Assembly: GCA_002269645.1 (NCBI GenBank)
Contig: NIVC01001108.1
Location: forward strand, 1 to 56,511
Length of the DNA: 56,511 nucleotides
Direction of reading: 5' to 3'
From: Macrostomum lignano
Lineage: Eukaryota
The notes under the pieces are model-generated. The model was given only the letters and a program-made list of their open reading frames with translations, was not told the DNA's origin and did not search any database. The first letter of the stretch is position 1, and each line of letters begins with the position of its first letter. The position numbers were made by a program, and so were the translations under genes. This document shows, in pieces, positions 11,987 through 24,953 of this stretch.

Positions 11987-12499
11987 CATTGACGACCCTT
12001 TCTGTGTCAGGAACTGCCGTATGTTTTGCGTCAGTAGTGCCAGTCAGTGCCTTTTTGTGCAACAACTTGAGCAATGAAGATGATCAAGGGGCAGAGAATC
12101 TGATAAGGTTGACAGGGGTGAGGCTTAACTAAATTATTCAGCTCGGACTTGTCTCTGCCACTCTCTTGGGATAATGGAGTTCTCTGACTCTCTCTATCTA
12201 CTAGGTTCATTTCCCAAGGGAAGTGTGATTCGAAGAGCATGCCTCGGACTAAACTGTGGCATTTCTATTGGAGAAGCAGCTTTATATTGTACTTTTTTGC
12301 TATTTGAAGGAAATGCGACGCCTCTCCCACTGCAGAATTTTCTGTCTTCAGGCGTTAATTTTTAATCAGGGGCCTTTCACGATGCATTAGTGCAAATTAA
12401 CCTCGGAGTCTGCTGGATTCATGCGTGCGCATTATAGTTTATGGCTTAATCTGACCTTTCTTCCTTTTAATATTGATAATTCTCCGATAATAAGTTTCA

Positions 12500-12885
12500 C
12501 CTATCTCTGTCTATCCCTCTCTTTCTCTATCTATCGCTCTCTATCCCTCTCTATCTCTGTCTATCCCTCTCTTTCTCTATCTATCGCTCTCTATCCCTAT
12601 CTACCCCTTTCAATCGCTCTCTATCCTTCTCTATCTCTGTCTATCCCTCTCTTTCTCTATCTATCGCTCTCTATCCCTATCTACCCCTTTCAATCGCTCT
12701 CTATCCTTCTCTATCTCTGTCTATCCTCTCTATCCCTCCCTATGCCTGTGTCTATCCCCTTTTTCCCTCTCTAGCCTTCTCCTTTATCTATCCCTCTCTG
12801 TCTCTGTATCTCTGTCTATCTCTCTCTACCCCTCGCTATACCTCCCTCTATCCCTATCTATTCCTCTCTATCTTGCTATCCCTCT
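12500..12885. repeat. Degenerate CT-rich (CTAT/CTCT) repeat with duplicated blocks
   Basis: Direct. Confidence 0.8.
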
Positions 12886-13764
12886 ATATCACTAATTATG
12901 TCGCTAAATTTGTTCACATGTTAAATTTCTTATTTACTTATTCGCAGACACACGCAAATTACTTACATTCCCAATGGCATTATTCAGGCCAAAACCGTCA
13001 AAGCTGTCATTTTTCGTTACATATTTCTGAAATTCCAGACAGCTGACTTGATAAATGCTGAGGAATGACATTCCAGATTAGGGTTTTTTCTTGTCTTTTT
13101 TGCCATTTTTCTGGCTAAATAAAATCAATTTCGTGAGCATGCACCATTTGGACTCGAAAGCGGGAAGTATAGTCTGTGAGCTTGGGCTGGGGCTAGAAAA
13201 TCAATGCTCGACAGATAGACTCAAGTGAAGAGGGAAGTTGCTAGGCTAGAAGGGACACGGCTAGAGAAGAATTGAGGTCCTCTGAGGACCTGGGCGAAGT
13301 CCCACCATCCTTGAGGGCGCACACTGAGGGAGAGAGGAATATTAGATGGGTGAGTCTCCCCCGGGGGCCACTCCACGGGAAAATGAGAGACAGAGATGAA
13401 AGTAGAATTGAGCAGGGAACAGGGGAGAAGTGTAGATAGTGGAAAATAGAATTACGCATAGTTGTAAGCAAGGCTTTGGCTGACTAGGATGTATAACTCG
13501 TTTACTCAGTAAGACCTGAGTCGACTAGCTGACCAAAGCTTTTACAGCAAGTTTTTTCTCAGCGCAATAAACTTGCTGAGGATATCCTGTTCTCCGCGGG
13601 GATTTTATCGACTGGAAGTTTTGCTTTAATCGTTTTTTCTAGCTTGATGCGTAATACTAAACCAAAAATGGGTTTAGGAGATAGAGTAGATATTGACAAA
13701 GTGCGGATGAGAAACCGAGAGTAGCATAGAGATTTGTGGATTCTTTTGGCAAAACTGGATAGTG

Positions 13765-14005
13765 CTTAAGTGCCTCAGTGCCTCAGTGTCTGAGTGTCTG
13801 AGTGTCTCAGTGTCTCAGTGCCTCAGTGTCTCAGTGCCTCAGTGTCTCAGTGTCTCAGTGTCTCAGTGCCTCAGTGTCTCAGTGCCTCAGTGTCTCAGTG
13901 CCTCAGTGTCTCAGTGCCTCAGTGTCTGAGTGTCCCAGTGCCTCAGTGTCTCAGTGCCTCAGTGTCTGAGTGTCTCAGTGCCTCAGGGTCGCAGTGCCTT
14001 AGGGT
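13765..14005. repeat. 8-bp repeat (CTCAGTG[C/T])n
   Basis: Direct. Confidence 0.9.
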
Positions 14006-14379
14006 CTCAGTGACTTGGTGTTTATATTTTTAGTGTTCTATACTGTCTGAAAGTCTATAAGTTATGTTTTTATGGCGCATTAGAATAACATAAAGTTCCA
14101 ATGTCGTTTAGTCCTTCTGTCTCGTCGTATGAATGTTAGGTTAGTGTCGGGTTCCTGGCATCAAAGCCTTATAATCTCTGTAAAAGCTCTGAGCCACCAC
14201 ATGTTGCATGCAGCAAAGCCCCATGGCTGACAGTTTAGCAGCATCGGCGCCACTGACCTGAGAGTAAACTCGAACATGCCGCACTCTCCAGTCTGCCTCA
14301 GGGAAAGAGCCAGGCTGCAACGGTGAGGCAGATCCTGAAAGACGCAGAAACAGGATCTGGAGACGAGGTTGAGAAGATG

Positions 14380-14380
<1 letters not shown>

Positions 14381-14449
<69 letters not shown>
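14381..14449. repeat. (GA)n microsatellite
   Basis: Direct. Confidence 0.9.
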
Positions 14450-14452
<3 letters not shown>

Positions 14453-14653
14453 AAAGAGAGGGGAGGAAGCGGACTGAGCCGGGGGCCGAGGATATGAAGG
14501 GGTCACATATAGGAGAGAAAAATCTTCCGAGGTGGAAGGACTGAGACGCGTATGTAAAACCGCATTCGAACCACACCTCTCTCTCAAGCTGTCTTCATCG
14601 GTGTCATATTTAATAGCTATAGTTGACGTTTAGCTTCTCAAAACTCAGATATA

Positions 14654-15547
14654 ATGGTGTCTAAGCAGCACTTTGCCGCAGTCCTGACCAGTCTGGCAGC
14701 CCTCACACTGTTGGCGGCCCTGACCAGCGGCCAGTCAGGCAAGTCCGAATTGCCAGACTGTCCCAGCAACGAGTCAGTTTGCAACGCTGTGCTGCACTTC
14801 CCGGACAGAATAGTGGATCAGGGCCGCTACTGCAACGGCTGCGTGAACTGCGCCCTACCGTCAGCTGAGTCGGACATTCCGGCCACTCTCGCCGCGATGT
14901 CCGACCGCAGCTTCTACTGGCAGCACTGGGAGGACCCCAACATGCGAGTGCAGTTCGTCAAGTGCAGCCCGATGCCCAAGCGAGCCAGGTGCAGCCTCGC
15001 CGACCAGAAACCGGCGGCGGTCTTTGCCAGCCCGATGTCCACCTGGAGTCCCCGGCTGCTGCAGCACCGCTGCAACTGCCCGGACGCCCAGTTCCAGCTG
15101 AGGTCCTGGCGGCCGGCCGAGAACGGCGCCGACTGGCGCTACGACTTCCACTGCCACCTGCCTGTCTGCTCGGTGGCAACCGCCGACAGTAAAGGAACCG
15201 CTGCAGCTGGCCTCGACTCGACGAGTCGCGATGCCGACGATGACGTTTGCGTTGTGAAACGTCGTGCCAGCGAGAATTCGCCATCCAGCGTGGAGTTCAA
15301 GTGCACCTGTCCGCCCGAGTATCACTGCGTTGTCAAGGAGGTTCAAACGAAGAAGCCGGCTTCAGAGCATCAGGGACACGCCGGCGGAGGCGGCGGTGGC
15401 GTCGGCGGCGGAGGAGACGGCGGAAGAGGCGGCAGCGGAGACGAGTCGGAATGGAGGGCCGACCCAGCGGGCGGCGGGCAGATCAGCCGGCGAAGATGCC
15501 AGAAGACGCACCATCAGAGCGGGGCGAACTCGACCACCGGGCATTGA
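14654..15547 (+). CDS. Secreted Cys-rich Argos/giant-lens-like protein, single exon, 297 aa
   Basis: Signal peptide (AAVLTSLAALTLLAALTSG). Cys spacing and neighbouring residues parallel the three Argos modules: LPDCP..VC..RYC; FVKCSPMPKRARC; HRCNCP..WRYDFHC; LPVC..VCVVKRR..FKCTCPPEYHC; terminal C. Family call is from remembered motif similarity only. Confidence 0.7.
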   Translation: MVSKQHFAAVLTSLAALTLLAALTSGQSGKSELPDCPSNESVCNAVLHFPDRIVDQGRYCNGCVNCALPSAESDIPATLAAMSDRSFYWQHWEDPNMRVQFVKCSPMPKRARCSLADQKPAAVFASPMSTWSPRLLQHRCNCPDAQFQLRSWRPAENGADWRYDFHCHLPVCSVATADSKGTAAAGLDSTSRDADDDVCVVKRRASENSPSSVEFKCTCPPEYHCVVKEVQTKKPASEHQGHAGGGGGGVGGGGDGGRGGSGDESEWRADPAGGGQISRRRCQKTHHQSGANSTTGH

Positions 15548-15840
15548 GTGATTGGTTGAATGGTTGGTTAGCTGGTTTGATTTACCGATCAATTGGTTGG
15601 TTGACCGATTAATTGATTGGTTACTTGATTGATCAATTGGGTTGATTGATTGATCAATTGGGTTGATTGATTGATCAATTGGGTTGATTGATTGATCAAT
15701 TGGGTTGATTGGTCAATTGTGTTGATTGATTGATCAATTGTGTTGATTGATTGATCAATTGTGTTGATTGATTGATCAATTGGGTTGATTGATTGATCAA
15801 TTGGGTTGATTGATTGATCAATTGGGTTGATTGATTGATT
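15545..15840 (-). repeat. 21-bp satellite arm (ATTGGGTTGATTGATTGATCA), inverted relative to 16080-17325
   Basis: Unit is the exact reverse complement of the downstream array unit. Confidence 0.9.
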
Positions 15841-16079
15841 ATAATGCCAAGTTGCTGACCGGTCGTAATTGACCTTTATTCACCTTCATGCCCCCCTTTT
15901 AGACGTATTAATTCTTTGAATACAGGTTTTTTAAGAGGTTTCAAGGATTGTGAGGCATCACTAATAATTAATTTATGGTGTTTCATCGATAGTCTTACAG
16001 TTGTTAGTCAGCCATTGAATCAGTTAATTAATCATCATTAAATCGATTAGTTCATCGTTCAATCTAGCTCGTACCAACG

Positions 16080-17325
16080 AACCAATTTATCAATCAATCA
16101 AAACTAACGTGTTTATCAGTGAATCAACCAACCAATTGTTCAATCAATCAACAAACCAATTTATCAATCAATCAACTAACCAATCAATAAATAAATCAAC
16201 ACAATTGATAAATCAACCGACCCAATTGATCAATCAATCAACCCAATTGATCAATCAATCAACACAATTGATCAATCAATCAACCTAATTGATCAATCAA
16301 TCAACCCAATTGATCAATCAATCAACCTAATTGATCAATCAATCAACCCAATTGATCAATCAATCAACCTAATTGATCAATCAATCAACCCAATTGATCA
16401 ATCAATCAACCTAATTGATCAATCAATCAACCAATTGATCAATCAATCAACCCAATTGATCAATCAATCAACCAATTGATCAATCAATCAACCTAATTGA
16501 TCAATCAATCAACCTAATTGATCAATCAATCAACCCAATTGATCAATCAATCAACCTAATTGATCAATCAATCAACCCAATTGATCAATCAATCAACCTA
16601 ATTGATCAATCAATCAACCCAATTGATCAATCAATCAACCCAATTGATCAATCAATCAACACAATTGATCAATCAATCAACCTAATTGATCAATCAATCA
16701 ACCCAATTGATCAATCAATCAACCTAATTGATCAATCAATCAACCCAATTGATCAATCAATCAACCTAATTGATCAATCAATCAACCCAATTGATCAATC
16801 AATCAACCTAATTGATCAATCAATCAACCCAATTGATCAATCAATCAACCTAATTGATCAATCAATCAACCTAATTGATCAATCAATCAACCTAATTGAT
16901 CAATCAATCAACCCAATTGATCAATCAATCAACCTAATTGATCAATCAATCAACCCAATTGATCAATCAATCAACCCAATTGATCAATCAATCAACCTTG
17001 ATCATTGATCAATCAATCAACCCAATTGATCAATCAATCAACCTAATTGATCAATCAATCAACCCAATTGATCAATCAATCAACCCAATTGATCAATCAA
17101 TCAACCTTGAATTGATCAATCAATCAACCCAATTGATCAATCAATCAACCCAATTGATCAATCAATCAACCCAATTGATCAATCAATCAACCTTGATCAA
17201 TCAATCAACCCAATTGATCAATCAATCAACCTAATTGATCAATCAATCAACCCAATTGATCAATCAATCAACCTAATTGATCAATCAATCAACCCAATTG
17301 ATCAATCAATCAACCTAATTGATCA
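16080..17325 (+). repeat. 21-bp satellite (TGATCAATCAATCAACC[C/T]AAT), ~55 copies
   Basis: Tandem units read directly. Confidence 0.97.
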
Positions 17326-17929
17326 GACTGCATGCGCACTTTCACACCCACAAACATTTGTTACTTTATCTCTCAATTTTGATGTGACCCATTCTGTGTT
17401 TAAATGTTGCCCGATTTCACATCGCAAATGTCTGACAATGAGTCTTAGAAAGAATGAAGCAGAGACTCACAGTTTGAAATAGTTTTATTAATCAATTTGA
17501 AAGCTGCAAACATTAATTAAAAAAAACTTGCAATTAACCTTTGATAATTATGTTTATATTTTTAATTAACAAAAATCGCATTTTACGCATAGCAGCTGGC
17601 TTACAACTTAAAGTGCATCAAATTACTGAATAATGAATATGGTAAAAAACAAGACCTCTGAAAGAGCTTACATTGAAATTTTGAAACTGCTAGAAGCGCG
17701 CCAATTTGAAATTTGAATTTTTAGACAGTTTTATAAATTGTTTAAATAAGTTGGAATGGAAATGCAGTGTCTTTCGCAGTAATACGTTGGTTGAAAAAGC
17801 AGATTGGGATAGTGTTATATTTTATTTGTAGGCCACAAGAGAAATGCTAATTGCTAAGCAAAGGGGTTGCTAGGGACGCTAAAACAGAAGATGCCAGTGT
17901 GACATATTGCTACTAAACATTTATTGGTC

Positions 17930-18160
17930 GTTGCTGAGGGCTCTGGTTAGGGTACTTATGGTTGCCAAGGCCTCTTGTTAGGTACCCACGGTTGTTAAGG
18001 CCTCCGGTTAAAGCAATCATGGTTGCTAAGGACTTTGGAAAAAATACACGTGGTTGCTAAGGCCTCTGGTTAGGGTGCTCATCGTTGCTAAGGACTCTGG
18101 TTAGGGCAATCATGGCTGCTAAGGACTTTAATAAAGGTACACGTGGTTGCTAAGGACTCA
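17930..18160. repeat. Degenerate ~31-bp repeat with conserved GGTTGCTAAGG core, ~7 copies
   Basis: Core recurs at ~31-bp period. Confidence 0.7.
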
Positions 18161-18490
18161 ACCGTGTAGTTTATTTCGTTGTTTGGGGTCAGCATAGTCC
18201 AGTATTGACTCAGTGCGTCGCTAAGGACTTAAAAATCCCAAATAAATAGGTTTTACTTCGCATTAGGTAAGAATGATTACAATATTACTTATAGAAAAAA
18301 TATGCCACTCAAAAAAAAGCATGGCACCACCGAGATTTTCAAATAAATAGAAAAAAGCACAAATTTTTGAAAGGATGCCAATAGAAAGACCAACGCTTTA
18401 AAACGAATAATAAGTTTAAATGTAGATTAAAAACTACAATTAGTTTAGTAGTCAAGTTTCAGCTAGATAGATTAGCAGATTATTGAATTA

Positions 18491-21400
18491 CTAATTCAAT
18501 CCAGCCGCGTCATTGTCCATGGCATTTTCTAAGAAATAGAAATTCTCTCGAACCAACTGCTGGCAGCTGTCGTAGCTGAGCAGGCAGTCGTGCAGAGCCG
18601 CCAATTCCGACTGCACCGCTAGCGAGTCCGGATCGCGCCTGGGAAATACGGTGGAAGTCAGCAGCTTATCTAGCAGGTAGTGCAGCCACATCAGATTTGT
18701 TCGAGGATTGAATTTGCGCCAATCGTCTGAGCAGTCGCGGCGCATCATTCGGTACACCTGCGTGGGTTTTGGATGGGTGTTGAGCGGCGTGACTGGTGCT
18801 GATGCAGGCTCAGTGTCTGTACGGACAGACACAGTAAATACAGACAGAGACACAGTCAATACAGAGACACAGCAATACAGACAGAGACACAGCCAATACA
18901 GACAGAGACACAGCCAATACAGAGACACAGTCAATACAGACAGAGACACAGTCAATACAGACAGAGACACAGTCAATACAGACAGAGACACAGTCAATAC
19001 AGACAGAGACAGTCAATACAGACAGAGACACAGTCAATACAGACAGAGACACAGTCAATACAGACAGAGACACAGTCAATACAGACAGAGACACAGTCAA
19101 TACAGACAGAGACACAGTCAATACAGACAGAGACACAGTCAATACAGACAGAGACAGTCAATACAGACAGAGACACAGTCAATACAGACAGAGACACAGT
19201 CAATACAGACAGAGACAGTCAATACAGACAGAGACACAGTCAATACAGACAGAGACACAGTCAATACAGAGACACAGTAAATACATAACCAGATACGGAC
19301 ACAACCAACGCAGTACATTGTACTATTAGTAATAGATAAACAGTGAGATCACCTCAAACTGGTAGTCGCCATCGCCAACAAAGATGCCCTCGTCGCCGGA
19401 CATATCAATATAAAGCACGTAGCCAGGCGCCGGGCTGACCCGACTAACAGTGAAATCAATGATAGCCACTTCCAGGCCTTCGCAATTGATTGCGTAATTA
19501 TGATCGGCCACTCGGTAGCGGATTTTGACCCGGCCAGACCGGCGGACCAGCACATTGTTCCAGTGCAGGTCGCGGTGCTCGAACTGGAACTGCGACTCGG
19601 CGGCGGCCAGAGACAGGGCCAGCTGGAGGATCACGGAGCGGGCCTCGCGGTAGCAGCCAAAACGGAAGGCCGGCAGGGGACAGCCCGCGAATCTTTTTGG
19701 GGAAGGATTATGAGTCACTGAATATATATGGGTCATGGGTTATGAGTCACTGAATATATATGGGTCATGGGTTATGAGTCATTGAATATATATGGGTCAT
19801 GGGTTATGAGTCATTGAATACATATGAGTCATGATTTATGAGTCATTGAATACATATGGGTCATGATTTATGAGTCATTGAATACATGAGTCATGATTTA
19901 TGAGTCATTGAATATATATGGGTCATGAGTCATGAAATATTGAATATATATGGGTCATGGGTTGTGAGTCATTGAATACGAGTATATATGAGTCATGAGT
20001 CATTGAATACATATGGGTCATGATCCATTGGCTATACAATCATAGAATTAAAATCGAGGAAAACATTACAAAGATTACGTATATACTACTTACTTGTACT
20101 CCAGCAGTAGCCACTGCTGCCTTGCCGGTAGGAATTCCGGATTTTCGTTATCAGACACTCGAACTCCGGCATTAAACGCTTCCCACTCCTCGGACAGGCG
20201 TGGGTGCAGTTTACCGCGAACAATGCTAGCATTGAGCAGCTGGACAAAGTTGCCAGTTTTATTACTCCGATACCTATAGGCCAGGTTAGTCAGTTTGCGA
20301 GAGATCAACAGTTCGGGCAGGACTTCGTCGAACATTTTCTGCGGTTCGCAGTTCACCAGCTGGCCGCCCTCGATAGGGAACAGTTTCAGGGCCACCTCCT
20401 GGCGACCGCGGCGAGTGGCGTAGACCTCGCCGTAGACGCCTTCGCCAACTTTGTGCAGGCCGTCCAGCATCTCCTGGGATAGGACGTCCTCCCATCTGGA
20501 GTTTGTGAAAGAGAAAGAATTTGATTAAAGAACCTAATCTAAGAACTAAAGAACTAATTTGGGGCTAAATTGGAATCTCGGCTTGGCTCTGCTCGTGCAA
20601 TCAACGCCCAGCTTGAGGGACAAACCATGAAGTGTACATGCCTAACCACAAATAAAGTTAGGGCCGGTTGTTGTGTGTGACGATGTCGCCTAAAGTGCAC
20701 CAGGATTCACACAGTCCATTCTCTGCTCTTCTAATTGGCGCCCATGTACATGTCTCAAGGAGTATCTTAGTTGATGTGACCGCGCACAGAGACTCGGACC
20801 CGGATAAGATGGGCCTACCCTAGGTCTGATCAATTAGTGTAATTCTGTGCGTCATGACGCATCAACTTCCAATTTTGTCATCTCGAATTTCAACCCTCAG
20901 ATGCCGAATTGGCAGGCTGGAGGATTCTTCCTGAACTTCAAGACTTCAAACTCCCACTCCGCAGCGCACACAACCTGTCTTTCTCTTGGTTGTATCTCTT
21001 AGACAAAGAAATCTCTTGTGCAATCTATTATAAGCAGCAGACCCACCTAACGCAGTCGCTCTGACGGCACAGCCGCAATACGCAGTCGCGATATTCGCAC
21101 TGCTGATAAAGTCGCCAATAGCTCTGTTCCAAAGATTGGTCCAATAATTTCTCGTCGTCTTCCAAAGCAACATTGGCGGAAGCATTCACTGGCAATTTAG
21201 GACAGCGCTTGCTAGGGGACAGGCCAGTCTCGAGATGAACGCCACTAGCATCGTGTTGACTACTACTATTAGTACTATTGTTATCACGCTCCTCCTGTTG
21301 TCGATTAGCGATAGCGGCTGCAACGCCTGCGTCAACTTCGATACGACGTTTAGCGACGCGTTTCAATTTGCGAGCCATATCCTGCTGGCTACTATTAGTA

Positions 21401-22185
21401 GCAGAAGTAGCAGAAGTAGCCACCGATTGTTGGCTATTTCTAGCAGATGCAGCTGAGGCGGCGGCGCCGTTGCTATGCTTCAACTCGGAAGAAGCGGACG
21501 CGGCCAGAACGGCAACAGGCGACAATGGTGACAGAGCTACAATGGCCGCTCTGAGCAACGCGTTAGTAGCAACAGATTCGTTATTCTTCGACGATGACAG
21601 ATGATTGACAGCTTCGTCGCAAGCTTCCAGACAGGGTGGGGATAGCGACTCCTGACGCTCGTGTTGCTGACTTTGCTGGCTGCGAAGATTATAATTACTA
21701 GCGGCTCGACGAGTTCGCCTAGTTGGCATGGGAGTCGAACTCGGGACTGCGACCTGTTGTCGATCAGCGGCTGTTAAAATCGGCGGAGGCAGCGCTTCCG
21801 ATGTGGACGGCGCAGCTTTTCTACGTTGAGATTTTTTACCTGTCAACTGTTTGACTGGCGAAACGGCCTGACAACTATCGTCTGACGAGGTGATTGCCGC
21901 GAAAGCAGAAGACGAAGCCAAAGAAGAAGCAACAGAGGCAGCGGCGCCGCTTTGCTTTTGTTGGCGTTTCTTTTTTGAGAATCGTAAATTGCGTCTCAGC
22001 GGCGGTTGACGAGAATTAGACAGTGAGGAATTAACTGATGAAGACTCGGCGGACAAAGAGTCCATTGCCCGACTATTGGCAGTCAGCACTGCGGCCGCGG
22101 CAGCTGCGGCGGCGCGTCGTCGAACGCCTGGACGACGAGTTGTTGAGGTCGTCGTCGACAAAGACGAGGAACCCCTTTTAGGCAT
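18491..22185 (-). CDS. haspin: Haspin-family Ser/Thr kinase, 4 exons, ~715 aa
   Basis: Exons 22185-21047, 20495-20094, 19692-19353, 18757-18491, phases 2,2,0 consistent. Kinase motifs KVGEGVYGEV, VALK, FEHRDLHWNNVL, DFTVSR (haspin DYT-type), GDGDYQFEVYRMM, NLMWLHYLLDKLL; long basic, disordered N-terminus as in haspins. Confidence 0.95.
18824..19282. repeat. 21-bp minisatellite (ACAGACAGAGACACAGTCAAT), haspin intron 3
   Basis: Direct. Confidence 0.95.
19708..20025. repeat. ~32-bp minisatellite (GAGTCATTGAATATATATGGGTCATGGGTTAT), haspin intron 2
   Basis: Direct; variable units. Confidence 0.9.
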
Positions 22186-22375
22186 GCCAGCTGATGAAGG
22201 GCTTCGGTGTTGATGTAATTAATTGTAAGCTGCGACGATGAAAGCGCGGTTTGAGCAGATAAGGCCAGACAACAGAAAATATCGCATCGGGATAAATAAA
22301 GACTTCATTTTTGTGTCTTTTCAAATAAACTGCGTTTTTAGAAAGTTGATTGTATAAAACTGATGAATAAGGAAG

Positions 22376-22399
22376 CAGACAGACAAAAGTCAGTCAGGT

Positions 22400-22454
<55 letters not shown>

Positions 22455-22455
22455 C

Positions 22456-22486
<31 letters not shown>

Positions 22487-22525
22487 CACAGACAGACAGA
22501 CAGACAGACAGACAGGCAGACAGGC

Positions 22526-22586
<61 letters not shown>

Positions 22587-22617
22587 CACAGACAGACAGA
22601 CAGGCAGGCAGACAGGC

Positions 22618-22669
<52 letters not shown>

Positions 22670-22670
22670 G

Positions 22671-22750
<80 letters not shown>

Positions 22751-22811
22751 CGCAGACAGACAGACAGACACACAGACAGACAGACAGACACGCAGACAGA
22801 CAGACAGACAC

Positions 22812-22858
<47 letters not shown>

Positions 22859-22897
22859 CACAGACAGACACACAGACAGACAGGCAGGCAGACAGGC

Positions 22898-22953
<56 letters not shown>

Positions 22954-22954
22954 G

Positions 22955-23042
<88 letters not shown>

Positions 23043-23063
23043 CGCAGACAGACAGACAGACAC

Positions 23064-23096
<33 letters not shown>

Positions 23097-23114
23097 TAGA
23101 CAGACAGACACTCT

Positions 23115-23194
<80 letters not shown>

Positions 23195-23217
23195 CACAGA
23201 CAGACAGACAGACACGC

Positions 23218-23274
<57 letters not shown>

Positions 23275-23523
23275 CGCAGACAGACAGACAGACACACAGA
23301 CAGACAGACAGACACGCAGACAGACAGACAGACACACAGACAGACAGACAGACACGCAGACAGACAGACAGACACGCAGACAGACAGACAGACAGACAGA
23401 CACGCAGACAGACAGACAGACACACAGACAGACAGACAGACACGCAGACAGACAGACAGACACACAGACAGACAGACAGACACGCAGACAGACAGACAGA
23501 CACACAGACAGACAGACAGACAG
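22376..23523. repeat. (GACA)n microsatellite, ~1.15 kb, upstream of haspin
   Basis: Direct. Confidence 0.98.
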
Positions 23524-24253
23524 TCAAATACACTAAATCGGCTACTCTAATCAAGTTAAAATGAAAATCACAGAAAGCCGGCCATAAATCAAGTGCTAGG
23601 TCGTCAAGGGTTTATATTCAAGCAGACAGTAGAAACTGTAGTTGACAGTTGAATAAAGCTGGGTTCGTAATTACAGAAACGGGATGACAGTGAAGATTAA
23701 ACGAATACTAAAACTTAAACAACACCGTCAAATGTAAGTGTCAGATTAATAATACATTAATAAAATATTTAGTAAATAAACTGTATATTACTAGTAATAA
23801 TGAACTGTACTGCACTGCGAGACACTAAATTATTTATACAATTGCAACTGACGCACTGAGACATTTGATATAATTAACTAAATTCAATTTGCACCGGATA
23901 AAACTACGGCAATAAACAAATATAAAGTTGGAAAAGCTGAAGAATATATTATATTACAATTTTTGAAGTTAATACAATTGTAAGCACAATTATAATACGC
24001 TCGTAAAACAACAAAAGCGCATTTAATTAAATTATTAACGATGACGCCAAGATAAGAGTAAAGGAAATTAGTTTTATTGGTTACTAACAGCGAGCAGAAG
24101 GTGAGATATAAGGTAGAGAGCCGAAAAATGATTTTTTTGTTTTACAAAACAAATAATAATGTCATTACAATGGCATGCATGATTACGAGCAGTGGTAACT
24201 ATAAAAATAAACTATAACTTTCCACGACTCATGCTTTTTATTATTACTGCAAA

Positions 24254-24770
24254 TCAGTCAGACAGTCAGTCATTCAGTCAGTCAGTCAGTCAGTCAGTCA
24301 GTCAGTCAGTCAGTCAGTCAGTGAGTCAGTCAGTCAGTCAGTCAGTCAGTCAGTCAGACAGTCAGTCAGTGAGTCAGTGAGTCAGTCAGTCAGTCAGTCA
24401 GTCAGTCAGTCAGTCAGTCAGTCAGTCAGTCAGTCAGTCAGTCAGTCAGTCAGTCAGTCAGTCAGTCAGTCAGTCAGTCAGTCAGTGAGTCAGTGAGTGA
24501 GTCAGTCAGTCAGTGAGTGAGTCAGTCAGTCAGTCAGACAGTCAGTCAGTGAGTCAGTCAGTGAGTCAGTCAGTGAGTCAGTCAGTCAGTCAGTGAGTCA
24601 GTCAGTCAGTCAGTCAGTCAGTCAGTCAGACAGTCAGTCAGTGAGTCAGTCAGTGAGTCAGTCAGTGAGTCAGTCAGTGAGTCAGTCAGTCAGTCAGTCA
24701 GTCAGTCAGTGAGTCAGTGAGTCAGTGAGTCAGTGAGTCAGTGAGTCAGTCAGTGAGTCAGTCAGTCAGT
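24254..24770. repeat. (CAGT)n microsatellite with GAGT variants
   Basis: Direct. Confidence 0.98.
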
Positions 24771-24953
24771 ATTGCACACACAAGAATCGCAATAAACAAA
24801 TAAACAGTAAAAGCCGCTATTGATACACAGGGGACAACAGGGAGAGCAAAATGACACCAATGGGAACAATAGGGTTAAATAAAAATAAGTCGCACAGGGT
24901 AAGCTTAGGAGCCAGTCAATGCAAACTCGTACAATCGTCAATTGAGCATTCAG

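Noticed and set aside
10748-12077. 413- and 430-aa ORFs (IVNPDSL / TISESGL repeats)
   Set aside because: 21-bp satellite that is stop-free by unit composition; no unique coding flanks.
17930-18160. CRISPR-like repeat/spacer appearance
   Set aside because: Linkers are homologous to one another, the genome is eukaryotic, and there are no cas genes.
22338-23554. SVCL-repeat ORFs (also 28042-29705 and 31189-31828)
   Set aside because: Translations of (GACA)n-type microsatellites.
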